Part shown: in pieces, positions 8,995 through 18,551 of the stretch | Position numbering within the stretch: the first letter of the stretch is position 1 | Layout of the letters: every line of letters starts with the position of its first letter | From: Candidatus Hermodarchaeota archaeon | GTDB taxonomy: Archaea > Asgardarchaeota > Hermodarchaeia > Hermodarchaeales > Hermodarchaeaceae | DNA length: 64,000 bases | Reading direction: 5' to 3' | Assembly (NCBI GenBank): GCA_016839805.1 | Contig: JAEOTO010000031.1 | Span: forward strand, 168,322 to 232,321 | Position numbers and translations under genes: made by a program | Notes under the pieces: generated by a model | What the model was told of the DNA's origin: nothing | Database searches by the model: none | The model's input: the letters and a program-made list of their open reading frames with translations, nothing else

Positions 8995-11313
8995 TTGGTG
9001 GCTAGAGGTATGAGACGAAACTTTGCGTTTGTATTAGTAGCACTACTTTTTGCTTTATCAGTCACGCCGCTAATGCTGAATAATTTACAATTATTTAGCA
9101 AAGAACAAGAGAGTGCTCAAACAGCACTCTTGGCACCCAGTGGTCCAGATTTAATCCAAGCGAATTGGACACACAATCATTTTCCAAATCCAGGTTTCGA
9201 AAACTGGTACTCAGTTTGGATTCCTGATGATGTGTATGGCACTACATCCAATGACTATTTAACGAATCCAGTAGGAGCTCCTCATCCCGTGAACGAAGGG
9301 TTGAAATCATTGATGATGCAGGGACGATCCCTGGATGGTCGGGCCTTAGAATTTGATGTGTATAATCCGAATCTGCATTTAGCGCAAGGTTTGGATAATC
9401 TAACGCTCCGTTTCGATTGGTGGGTGGATCAAAATATCGACGATGAGTTGGACCATGATAGGATTTACCTTAAACTTGAGTTCTACCCCGGTTGGAATAT
9501 CTACTATTTTTTGAATGGCTCAGTAACTGCAGCTAATAGTACGAATAATGCCTATTTCTTCTTAGGTGGTTTAATTCAACAATGGAATCAATTTAGCCGG
9601 AATATCACTCATGATATTCTCAGCGTTCCTGAATTTGGAGGAACTATTCCAAGTGGAAGCCAACTTGAAGAAGTGAAATTTACGATTCGCATCCAAGGTG
9701 GAACCACTCAGTATGTACGAGCCTATTTTGATGATGTGCAACTTATCAATGCAACTAATGGGTATGAATGGATTAATGGAACAACCAGGAATGGTAATTT
9801 TGAAGGAATAGGCAGTTGGTTTCATTTCCCATCTGGAACTAATCCAGGTCTCCGGAGTCGAAGTTCATTGGCGCATTCAGGAAGTTGGAGTTTAAACCAA
9901 AGCGTTATTAGTTGGGGGAATAACAGCTGGTCACGTTCATCATATTCACCTGGAGTACGAGTAACACCTCAGAATCCATCAGAGTTACGTTTTTGGTGGT
10001 ACCTAGATGAAGTTCGTAACCCAACAGAGAATACGTACGCATACGTTGAAATCGAGTGTGTGAACTCAACAGCCGATTTTACTTTCATCTACTTTCTTAG
10101 CCATGGAGGAACCGTTCCTCATCCAACAATAATAACAGAATTTGAGCAGTATGTCTTTTATGCAGACAATTTTAATACCACTGGATCCTGGCATTTGTTT
10201 AGTCTGGACCTTCTAACGCAGGCTGAACAACTTTTTACCACTGATGAAGTATTAGTCGAAAATATCCAATTCTACCTTCGAACAGAAGACACCCAGACCC
10301 GGATCGTTCTTCTCTTAGATGATGTCTCCCTAGTTGCCTCAGCAGTCAATGGGGCAGGGTTTGAGGACCAACGATCAGTTAGTGAACCAATTCGTGGATG
10401 GGGAGAAAATACTGAATACAACGAATTCACAGTGACATCCACCGCTTATGCCGGAACAAAGGCAGCAAATCTCACACTCAATGTAGGAGATAATCTGTAT
10501 ACCGATCAGGATGCCAATTATCGTCCTCTCAATGGAACCCGGGAAACTTACCTGGATATTATATGGCGACTTGATCAATACACGCTTGCTTCAGATAACT
10601 ATGTGATTTTACGTTTGAGTTTTGATGACGAAAAAAGCATTAATTACATACTGATTCCTACTACACGATCCGGTCTTACTAATGACAGTACGGAGACGTA
10701 CTTCAATGTGACTGGGATTGGAACACTGAATACCTGGACTCAAATGCATCGAGATCTCGTTCATGACTATGAAGCAGCGTTTGGTGTGATTCCAAGTGTT
10801 CGATTAACTGAGTTCCAACTCGAATGTTCTTGTAATACGGGTACAGCTCTCACATTTCTCATGGATGACTTTTACCTCTACGATGATCCAGCCCCCACTA
10901 TTACTAATGTTTTACAAACTCCACAGGAGCCTTGGTTTTATGATAACGTGAGTATTGCAGCAGATGCTTTTGATCAAGACTTGGAAACAGTTCTATTACT
11001 TTATCGCGTAGATGGCGGATCCTGGCAGTTAGAACCAATGATTCACCAAACAGGTGACACGTTCCATGCTATCATTCCTGTACAGCCAGCTTATGCAGTA
11101 GTAGAATACTATATCACAGCTAATGATTCCTGGGGCATGATTACAACACAAATGAATAACACCAATTACTACAGTTATACTGTATTAGGTTTTTACACAG
11201 GACCGCCACCAATCCCCTGGGTACTCATCATTGGTGCAATAGTTGCAGTACTAATCATAGTGGTCATAATCATTGTATATTACTTCATTCTCCGTCCCCG
11301 TCAACAAGAATAG
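8995..11313 (+). CDS. Large surface glycoprotein with three repeated beta-sandwich-like domains and C-terminal TM anchor
   Basis: Signal peptide; repeats begin NPGFE/NGNFE/GAGFE and end in DDV/DDF; many NxS/T sequons; PPPIPW-TM-RPR tail. Confidence 0.75.
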   Translation: MVARGMRRNFAFVLVALLFALSVTPLMLNNLQLFSKEQESAQTALLAPSGPDLIQANWTHNHFPNPGFENWYSVWIPDDVYGTTSNDYLTNPVGAPHPVNEGLKSLMMQGRSLDGRALEFDVYNPNLHLAQGLDNLTLRFDWWVDQNIDDELDHDRIYLKLEFYPGWNIYYFLNGSVTAANSTNNAYFFLGGLIQQWNQFSRNITHDILSVPEFGGTIPSGSQLEEVKFTIRIQGGTTQYVRAYFDDVQLINATNGYEWINGTTRNGNFEGIGSWFHFPSGTNPGLRSRSSLAHSGSWSLNQSVISWGNNSWSRSSYSPGVRVTPQNPSELRFWWYLDEVRNPTENTYAYVEIECVNSTADFTFIYFLSHGGTVPHPTIITEFEQYVFYADNFNTTGSWHLFSLDLLTQAEQLFTTDEVLVENIQFYLRTEDTQTRIVLLLDDVSLVASAVNGAGFEDQRSVSEPIRGWGENTEYNEFTVTSTAYAGTKAANLTLNVGDNLYTDQDANYRPLNGTRETYLDIIWRLDQYTLASDNYVILRLSFDDEKSINYILIPTTRSGLTNDSTETYFNVTGIGTLNTWTQMHRDLVHDYEAAFGVIPSVRLTEFQLECSCNTGTALTFLMDDFYLYDDPAPTITNVLQTPQEPWFYDNVSIAADAFDQDLETVLLLYRVDGGSWQLEPMIHQTGDTFHAIIPVQPAYAVVEYYITANDSWGMITTQMNNTNYYSYTVLGFYTGPPPIPWVLIIGAIVAVLIIVVIIIVYYFILRPRQQE

Positions 11314-11325
11314 ACTCTAAAGTCC

Positions 11326-11359
11326 GTCCAGCCATGCTGGGCTTTTCCTCCCTTTTGTT
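11326..11359 (+). terminator. Hairpin + pyrimidine-tract terminator
   Basis: GTCCAGC-cat-GCTGGGC, then ttttcctccctttt. Confidence 0.55.
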
Positions 11360-11383
11360 AATCAGGGCTATCAAATGAAATTG

Positions 11384-11420
11384 TCTAGATGAAAAGCTAT
11401 ACTTTTCAGGTTACTTAAAT
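11384..11420 (+). promoter_or_regulatory. Promoter/operator block shared with 13851-13887
   Basis: 29/37 ungapped identity to 13851-13887; TGAAAAG-N5-CTTTTCA palindrome; ends in TATA-like TTAAAT. Confidence 0.6.
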
Positions 11421-11463
11421 ACAGAGATTATACTGTAGATATTGAACACGTGTATCACTGAAA

Positions 11464-12855
11464 GTGGTCCTGGGCATGAAAGGATATGCTAAATGGTTAG
11501 CCGTTGCCCTATTCGGGTTTACTCTACTGTTCTTTATTTCACCAGCCCAAGTCCAAGCCTTACCTCCAGACCAGTGGTTCCCCGGTGCTGAACGTTATTT
11601 CTTTGGCCATACCTTTGCCGAGGATTTATGGACGAATGATTCGATTGTCTTCGAGTCTCCGAATAACGACACCGTTCAGTTCATCGCCAGTTATGTCAAT
11701 TACCAGGAAAGAGTAGGGAGCTTCCAAGCAATGCTTATTGCCCTAGGCGTTGTAGAAAATGAGAATGGAACCCAATCAACGCTACCCTATCAGCTCTTTG
11801 GACTACACTATACGACACCCCAAGATCAAGATGTTTTTGTGGGATCACTGTTAGCGTTTCTCTTTGGATTCAATGACACTGATAACAATGGTGTGCCTAG
11901 CCCAGGTGAAAATCGATTCTTCATTATACCTTATGGTTATAATGAAGGAAACACTACCAAACCCCTAACTATCGAATCGATACCAGCAACCCAGCTAGGT
12001 GAAAACCAATATCGATTTGGGATACGTTACCAAAATCTATATGGACGACTCGTTTCTGCGAATACCGAAGGCGAATTCATCGTCACACTTCTTCTTCCAA
12101 TATTTGAAATCACTTTTAGTGAATTGACTGTTGTGTATGACATTCGAGTTGACACTGAAAGTGGAGAAATCACGACAGAAACCTATTACACAATCGGACA
12201 AGTAACCGATTTCAGGTTTTTAGGAACGTCAGTTCCTAACTTCCATGATGCGCTACAAAACATCGGGATTGGGGTGGCGCATCTAGGAATTATTCTCACT
12301 CAGAAGTATTTTGTACGTACAGCCGGAAGTACACCATATAGTGGTGTTAATCAAACGCTTGCGAATATTTACACCGATTTTCAGGGACAAAATCGTGCTT
12401 TTTCACTCACTACTCGTGGTACCTATGATGTTCTTAATGAGAGTACTACTCCATCAACTGTGCTGAATTCAAATTTACCAGCTTACAGCTGGGTGTTCTC
12501 ACCAGATCCCGTTGATTTACTCTTAATGCTCTGGCAACTCCCGATATCAGCAGACATTTTTAGCATCTTTGCCTTCGCAATGAGTGATTATCTTCAAAAT
12601 CAATTTAATACCCCTCTCGACGTGTATAATCACAGAGAAACTGTATTCAATACAGCAGCATTCTGGTTTGGCGTTACTTTTCCGGAATCCCATGGTTATC
12701 GCGTGGAACATGATCCAGTGTATACAGCTTTTTCTGATATAGGCCAAGGACCTAGCCCATTTGGGTTGATAGTTTTGGGAACCATAGCGCTAATCGGTAT
12801 TATTGTGGTTGTTCTCTTTGTCATCAGGGCTAATGGACGAAAGAAAAATGTCTAA
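11464..12855 (+). CDS. Membrane-anchored surface protein, paralog A
   Basis: Signal peptide, TLPYQLFG, FND.D, YRFG..Y.NLY, WQLP.SAD.F, GYRVEHDPVYTA, C-terminal TM. Confidence 0.75.
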   Translation: MVLGMKGYAKWLAVALFGFTLLFFISPAQVQALPPDQWFPGAERYFFGHTFAEDLWTNDSIVFESPNNDTVQFIASYVNYQERVGSFQAMLIALGVVENENGTQSTLPYQLFGLHYTTPQDQDVFVGSLLAFLFGFNDTDNNGVPSPGENRFFIIPYGYNEGNTTKPLTIESIPATQLGENQYRFGIRYQNLYGRLVSANTEGEFIVTLLLPIFEITFSELTVVYDIRVDTESGEITTETYYTIGQVTDFRFLGTSVPNFHDALQNIGIGVAHLGIILTQKYFVRTAGSTPYSGVNQTLANIYTDFQGQNRAFSLTTRGTYDVLNESTTPSTVLNSNLPAYSWVFSPDPVDLLLMLWQLPISADIFSIFAFAMSDYLQNQFNTPLDVYNHRETVFNTAAFWFGVTFPESHGYRVEHDPVYTAFSDIGQGPSPFGLIVLGTIALIGIIVVVLFVIRANGRKKNV

Positions 12856-13007
12856 CTCACTAATCGCTTACAAGATCTCATGGAGCAACACTCCAATCGT
12901 CCTTTACCATATCCAGACCTCTTGTACGACTCAAGGAACAGTAGAGCGTGGACGATATGTATAAAGGCGCATCTTCGACAGTGAATATAGAACTAGGAGC
13001 ATAACAG

Positions 13008-13796
13008 GTGGACGTAGGTAAAACAGACTTGACGGGGATGAGCCGAGTAGTGACGAACCTGGATGAATTCCTTACAGCTATTGGACATCCACTTCGTCGA
13101 CAAATCCTCGAAACCATTTATGCCAATCCAGATATCACTTACTCCAAGATACTCAGCCGAGTGAACATCTCAAGCGGAAAGCTCAATTTTCATCTACAAA
13201 AGCTAGAATCCTTTCTCATCCAAGTCGACGGACAATATCGCATTTCCAATGAAGGATTGAAACTATATCGAACCTGGCAGATGTTAGAAAATCGACTTGA
13301 TGGAAAAGAATCACCTAGAACTGCTACGACGGGATTCTTCGCGTTCCGTCGCGTGATTGCATTTTTTATTGATATAATTTTAATTTTAGCACTCTTGTTC
13401 ATTGCTGCGGATTTGTCATCAATAACATTGGAAGCAGCATGGTGGCTGAATGGAATACCAGTTCCAGTCTTTGTAACGCGGATTATCGAAATGATGGTGC
13501 TTTATCCACCAGATCTAACTGTTGTGTTAATCCGGGCCTTCATATTAGCAATTATGTGGATGTACTTCACAATTATGGAGGGTTACCGAGGTCAGACACT
13601 AGGTAAAATGTTAGTAAGAGTCCAAATCGTCGATGTAAGCGGGGCTCGAATGGTTCCTCATGCCGCGGCTATTCGGGCGTTAACCAAGGTTCTGATTCTT
13701 CCTTTTGACATTCTCATTGGATTGATTAAATCACGAAAAGCCGGTTTTCTTCGCTTCTTCGGGCACTACACTCGCACCTGGGTTGTCCGCACCTAA
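13008..13796 (+). CDS. ArsR-like winged-helix fused to RDD membrane domain
   Basis: AIGHPLRRQIL...SSGKLNFHLQKL wHTH; RRVIAFFID, YFTIMEG.RGQTLGK RDD motifs. Confidence 0.82.
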   Translation: MDVGKTDLTGMSRVVTNLDEFLTAIGHPLRRQILETIYANPDITYSKILSRVNISSGKLNFHLQKLESFLIQVDGQYRISNEGLKLYRTWQMLENRLDGKESPRTATTGFFAFRRVIAFFIDIILILALLFIAADLSSITLEAAWWLNGIPVPVFVTRIIEMMVLYPPDLTVVLIRAFILAIMWMYFTIMEGYRGQTLGKMLVRVQIVDVSGARMVPHAAAIRALTKVLILPFDILIGLIKSRKAGFLRFFGHYTRTWVVRT

Positions 13797-13850
13797 CAGA
13801 AACCCGATTATGACCTTATTTCTTACAGATTCCTTAGTAAACCGCAGTTT

Positions 13851-13887
13851 TCTAGACGGAAAACTAAACTTATCAGCTTCTTTAAAT
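13851..13887 (+). promoter_or_regulatory. Promoter/operator block shared with 11384-11420
   Basis: tctagacggaaaactaaacttatcagcttctttaaat; TATA-like TTTAAA at the 3' end. Confidence 0.6.
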
Positions 13888-13950
13888 TATTGAGTTCAGA
13901 GGGTTTTCTAACGAGTAACAACCTACCGATACCGGTGTAGGTGTGCTACT

Positions 13951-15339
13951 ATGATTAGAAAAAAGAACATACTTCCAATAGTGGTTCTAGGCCTTGCGTT
14001 AGCGATTCTCTTTGCACCACTGACAGCTCAGGCAGTTCCCGATGAGACTTATATTCCTGGCAGTGAAGCAGCGATCTTCGATGGCCATACCTTTGCAGAA
14101 GCTGGTGGCTGGACAAGCGAAGTAAACATAACTGATGATGACACAGGCAACTGGATTCAGCTCTTTATGCACCACGTGAATCACGGTTCGTTCCAAGCCG
14201 GTCTGTTAGCCCTTGGTGACATCTACATCGCTGAAAACAATACGCATGCCACACTTCCTTATCAGCTCTTTGGGATACATTTCACAACTCCTACGGGTCG
14301 CGAATTATTCGCAGCTGCGAATTTTGCCTTCCTCTTTGCCTTCAATGATACTGATGGCAGCAACACAGTGAACCAACCCGAAGAGGAACGGTGGTTCGTC
14401 ATTCCTTATGGCTGGGATGGTGGTAATCGCACGGCAACACCTGTCGTGTCAGCTATTACCATGGATACCAGTACGCCTGGCGAATATCGATTTGGCGTGA
14501 AATACGAAAACCTCTATGCACGAATCGTTGGAGGAAACCTCCTCGAATTCCTTCTTACTCTCAACTTACCACTCTTTGAGATCCAAATTAGTGAATTGAC
14601 TTTTGAATACGTGATCACTGTTGATGACGACACTGGAGAAATCACAACCAAGACAGACTATACCATCGGTCAAGTCCTAGCTTTTTATGCACTAGGACAA
14701 GAAGTTCCCATCGGCGAGGTCCACACAGCCCTCCAAAATGTTACAATTGGTGCCGCACACTTCATTTCCGTGTTTGGCTCTAATTACTACAAACACACAG
14801 GGAACCAACTCACTCCCCGTCCTGCATCCCAATGGATCGCCGCGAACATCACAACCGATGCAGCTGGTCGACAGCGCGCCTTTGCTGTTGGTATTCGTGG
14901 AACCTGGGAAAAATACAACGAGACTCCGACAGGAAATGACCTCCTCAGCGACGATAATATTGCGTACAGTTGGATTCTTCAACCAGCGTTACTATCACCA
15001 GAAACGCTGCTTCTCCTCTGGCAACTTCCGCTCTCTGCTGATTTCTTCGCCACCTGGGCTTATGCTGTAGGAAGTCCTACATTCCAGACACTCTATGATG
15101 GTCCACTTGACGTCTACGAGAATGCCACCTTAAACTTTAACACTGTTGCATTCTGGTATGCGGTCACCTTTCCGAAGTTCGGAGGTTACCGGGTAGAACA
15201 CGACCCAGTGTATACCGCCTATTCCAACATCGGACAAGCGGCTCCAGGAATCCCTGGATTCCCATGGGAAGCCATCCTGATCGGTGTGGTCGTCTGTTTA
15301 GTGGCAGTCTTTCTCGTTCGCAAACGGAAAAAAGTATAA
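13951..15339 (+). CDS. Surface protein, paralog B, with PGF-CTERM-like sorting signal
   Basis: Collinear motifs with 11464-12855; C-terminus PGIPGFP-TM-RKRKKV. Confidence 0.78.
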   Translation: MIRKKNILPIVVLGLALAILFAPLTAQAVPDETYIPGSEAAIFDGHTFAEAGGWTSEVNITDDDTGNWIQLFMHHVNHGSFQAGLLALGDIYIAENNTHATLPYQLFGIHFTTPTGRELFAAANFAFLFAFNDTDGSNTVNQPEEERWFVIPYGWDGGNRTATPVVSAITMDTSTPGEYRFGVKYENLYARIVGGNLLEFLLTLNLPLFEIQISELTFEYVITVDDDTGEITTKTDYTIGQVLAFYALGQEVPIGEVHTALQNVTIGAAHFISVFGSNYYKHTGNQLTPRPASQWIAANITTDAAGRQRAFAVGIRGTWEKYNETPTGNDLLSDDNIAYSWILQPALLSPETLLLLWQLPLSADFFATWAYAVGSPTFQTLYDGPLDVYENATLNFNTVAFWYAVTFPKFGGYRVEHDPVYTAYSNIGQAAPGIPGFPWEAILIGVVVCLVAVFLVRKRKKV

Positions 15340-15367
15340 TCCTTCGGGAATAACACTCCTTCCTAGT

Positions 15368-15412
15368 ATCCGCTCGATTAGATGAGTCGGGCGGATCCTC
15401 TCTCCTTTTTTC
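15368..15412 (+). terminator. Hairpin + pyrimidine-tract terminator
   Basis: ATCCGCTCGA...TCGGGCGGAT, then cctctctcctttttt. Confidence 0.75.
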
Positions 15413-15500
15413 ACCTCAACTAGAGGAGGTGGTATTGAATTTTGTTTAGGGATTCGTAAGTTAGATGAGATTATAAACCCAAATAGTTAACACCGTTAAC

Positions 15501-16196
15501 ATGCCTGTTCGTGAAATCATCGAAATTGATGAAGAGAAATGCACTGGTTGCGGTGATTGTATCCCCAATTGTGCTGAAGGTGCCCTGCAGATCATCGACG
15601 GGAAAGCTAAGTTGATTCGAGATGATTTATGTGATGGGCTTGGAGCCTGTTTAGGGCACTGTCCAGAGGGCGCGTTACGGATAATTCATCGAGAAGCCCC
15701 TGAATTTGATGAAGAAGCTGTTGAAGAACACTTAGCTCAAATGAGCCCCCCTGGATGTGCTTCCTGCGATATGGTCGTTGACGGGTCCACAGTCGAGACT
15801 GCGTCTCAACTTGAAGGAGCGGTTATTCCTCTCGGGCAACGGCAATGGCCCATTGCTTTGCGATTAGTGCCAGTCCAAGCGTCTTACTTTAAAAATGCTG
15901 ATTTGCTGATTGCGGCAGATTGTGTTCCCTTTGCCTATCCTGAGTTTCAACAGGACCTTTTACCAGACAAGGTCTTGGTGTATGGATGTCCAAAATTTGA
16001 TAATGCCCAGGGATACGTCGAAAAGTTGACAGAGATATTTCGTCAGAATTCAATAAAACGGGTTACAATGGTAAAGATGGAAGTTCCATGCTGTTCTGGC
16101 CTTCAGCGGATTGTTGAAATCGCCGTAGGTCAATCCGGAAAAAGTATTCCAATTGAAAACGTCACCATTGCTGTCAAAGGAAAAAGAAAAGCATGA
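15501..16196 (+). CDS. 4Fe-4S dicluster protein with Cys-rich C-terminal domain
   Basis: CTGCGDCIPNCAEGAL, CDGLGACLGHCP, QWP, IAADC, GCPK, MEVPCC. Confidence 0.88.
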   Translation: MPVREIIEIDEEKCTGCGDCIPNCAEGALQIIDGKAKLIRDDLCDGLGACLGHCPEGALRIIHREAPEFDEEAVEEHLAQMSPPGCASCDMVVDGSTVETASQLEGAVIPLGQRQWPIALRLVPVQASYFKNADLLIAADCVPFAYPEFQQDLLPDKVLVYGCPKFDNAQGYVEKLTEIFRQNSIKRVTMVKMEVPCCSGLQRIVEIAVGQSGKSIPIENVTIAVKGKRKA

Positions 16197-16694
16197 TTAA
16201 GATTCAGTCCGACCGCGACTGATGTCATCGACTGCATGCTGAATTTCACCATAAGGTGGTTCGACCGTTATATTATCGCTAATCCATTTCCAGCGAATGA
16301 AGCCGTCTGGACTGATAACGAATACCGCACGTTTGCTAGACGTATAGCCATATATTCCTACAAGATCTTCTTGGACTATATCATAGGCACGAATCACAAC
16401 CCGATTAAAGTCACTTAATATAGGAAAGGAAATTCGATTCTGCTCCGCAAATGCATGATTAGCGAAGGGATCACTCACGGTAATAGCAATAACTTGAGCG
16501 TTCACAGCCTCAAAGTTCGATAAGGAGTCACGAAGAGCACACAATTCCTGAGTACACACGTCTCCATAGGTAGCAGGAAAGAAGACGAGTACCACAGTTT
16601 TTCCTTTAAATTCCTTGAGGGTGCGGAGCTTACGGTCAGTATCATAGAGCTTGAACGGTGGAGCCGATTGACCAATTTGTAAGCGTGAAGACAT
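16197..16694 (-). CDS. Peroxiredoxin (AhpC/TSA; BCP/AhpE-like)
   Basis: GQSAPPF, VLVFFP...CTQELC, FPILSD, KRAVFVI. Confidence 0.85.
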   Translation of the reverse strand: MSSRLQIGQSAPPFKLYDTDRKLRTLKEFKGKTVVLVFFPATYGDVCTQELCALRDSLSNFEAVNAQVIAITVSDPFANHAFAEQNRISFPILSDFNRVVIRAYDIVQEDLVGIYGYTSSKRAVFVISPDGFIRWKWISDNITVEPPYGEIQHAVDDISRGRTES

Positions 16695-16858
16695 GAACTA
16701 CCCACTCTGAAAGTAATGGATTGATTTTTCCAAAAGCCTTCTGGATTATATATTTTTTAATATTAGCGTATAACAATGCATGGGGTTTCAAAGAAAAAAG
16801 CTGTGGTTTTTTATATTATATCAACCATCTCATTCATTTGATTTCAATGAGGCCACTA

Positions 16859-16939
16859 ATGGGAGAAGATTATCCACAAGCTGTTCCCACTGATCCAAGC
16901 CGACCTTGGCCTTGGCCAATTCCTCCACCACCATTGTGA
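16859..16939 (+). CDS. Putative 26-aa Pro/Trp-rich peptide (MGEDYPQAVPTDPSRPWPWPIPPPPL)
   Basis: TATA-like TTTTATATTATA at about 16809-16820, GAGG just before ATG, strongly biased composition. Confidence 0.45.
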   Translation: MGEDYPQAVPTDPSRPWPWPIPPPPL

Positions 16940-16991
16940 TGCATAGAATAACACGAGTTCTGGGAACAAGACAGAGCACCTAGTTTCTAAA

Positions 16992-18386
16992 CTAGATATC
17001 GTCTTCAACGACTTTCCATTGTTGTCGGGATTCTTGCCAGCGAGTAGTTGCATCGAGAAATGCATGTGATCCAATATTCTCTGCTTTTCGAAGCACCTCG
17101 ATATTCTCTACGCCTTTTTCCCGACTTATTACCCGAACCAACTGCTGAGTGATAGAAGAACACCATATAGGTCGTTGAAAGGAAATTTCACAACCAACAT
17201 CCGTGAAGAGGACAAAAGCGTAAGGCAGAAGAGTCGGTATTAATTTCACAAAATTAAGAGCTTCTGGTGAACACTGCACGGATAAAATGATGAACTCTTC
17301 GAAGGAGGGAGCAACGAAATAGGCATAGGGAAAGAAAGCTTTTTCTTTCAATAACCTTTGTTCTCGCGCCCAGATTGTCTTTTTTGATAATTTGAATCCG
17401 AATTGTTTCAACATATCCTGTTTCCATTCAAAGTTACTCGGGCGAAGAATTATTCCAGCTAAGAGAGCCAGGAGATAGTCAACTTGATCAAATTGGAGAG
17501 GAGATTCAAATTTAAATTCCAAAGGTTCAGGAAGGAGATCACCATGTCTTTTCGTAAAATACAGAATTCCCTCAGAGACGATGTTAGGATCAAGTAACCA
17601 GGATCCACTAGAGGGCTCATAAGCATCGAATGACATGCTGACCTGAGCCCCTATTCCTTTAAGAATTTGACAGGTATCAAAAAATTCGTTTTGGAGCATT
17701 TCAATTCTTTTGTGAAAAAATTTGAGTCCTTTAGGCTGATCGGGAATTTGATAACCCAGATAACCTCTGCGGTAATCTTCATCGAAAGAAAGGGTTCTGA
17801 GAAAGCGGGGTCTTCTTGTTCGGAATAATTCGCTAAGCGATTCTGAATGATTTAGAGATTTTGTCCGAAAATGAACAATGAATTGAGTGAGTTTGAATTT
17901 CTGTGGGTCCTCTAATCCAGCAATCCTGAACGAAAAATAAGTTCGCAGAGATGTTATGTCTTTGGAAAGGCTTCGAAAAGAAATGCCAAGAGTTGTTGCG
18001 ATTTGAGATTTCGATGCTAAAGGATTTTGATAATATTCATTGAGAATTTTTACCATCCGTGGAGTAAGTTTGAGAGTTGAATAGTCTTCAAACGTACAGG
18101 TCAATGAGTCCATTATTCGTTGGGGATCAGATATTTCATAGCGATCAATAAGAGCTAGACGGGATTCTAACGTTTCTAAAGCCGCTTTATCACCTGTTCC
18201 GACCCAATGTGAGATTAATGGATGATCTTGATAGGTAGTTTCCTTTTCTGTCAGTTGTTGACCAGTCATCCGTTTATTAATTAATTTGACATTGGCCAGA
18301 AAATGTTCAAGGTCTGCTTTTTTAGCGGAACTAGGAATTCTCGTTAAAATGCGATCAAGAATGGTTTCCAATTCTTTTTGTTCCAT
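16992..18386 (-). CDS. Large regulator with two Lrp/AsnC-like HTH + effector-domain units
   Basis: LTPRMVKIL..YYQNPLASKSQIATTLGIS HTH; second unit FDQVDYLL...LSKKTIWAREQRL. Confidence 0.6.
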   Translation of the reverse strand: MEQKELETILDRILTRIPSSAKKADLEHFLANVKLINKRMTGQQLTEKETTYQDHPLISHWVGTGDKAALETLESRLALIDRYEISDPQRIMDSLTCTFEDYSTLKLTPRMVKILNEYYQNPLASKSQIATTLGISFRSLSKDITSLRTYFSFRIAGLEDPQKFKLTQFIVHFRTKSLNHSESLSELFRTRRPRFLRTLSFDEDYRRGYLGYQIPDQPKGLKFFHKRIEMLQNEFFDTCQILKGIGAQVSMSFDAYEPSSGSWLLDPNIVSEGILYFTKRHGDLLPEPLEFKFESPLQFDQVDYLLALLAGIILRPSNFEWKQDMLKQFGFKLSKKTIWAREQRLLKEKAFFPYAYFVAPSFEEFIILSVQCSPEALNFVKLIPTLLPYAFVLFTDVGCEISFQRPIWCSSITQQLVRVISREKGVENIEVLRKAENIGSHAFLDATTRWQESRQQWKVVEDDI

Positions 18387-18551
18387 GACCTCTCACTTTT
18401 CATGCCCTAAGATGTTCCACTAATTATGTACCAATAAGCAATTTATCTTCTTTAAGTGACAGGTTTTTAGCCAAGGGTTTTTTGCCTAAAGCCTTTTGAA
18501 CGGGCAGGTATGCTTCTAGAAGCTAGATTGGAGTCGTCGGAGGTTATTAGA

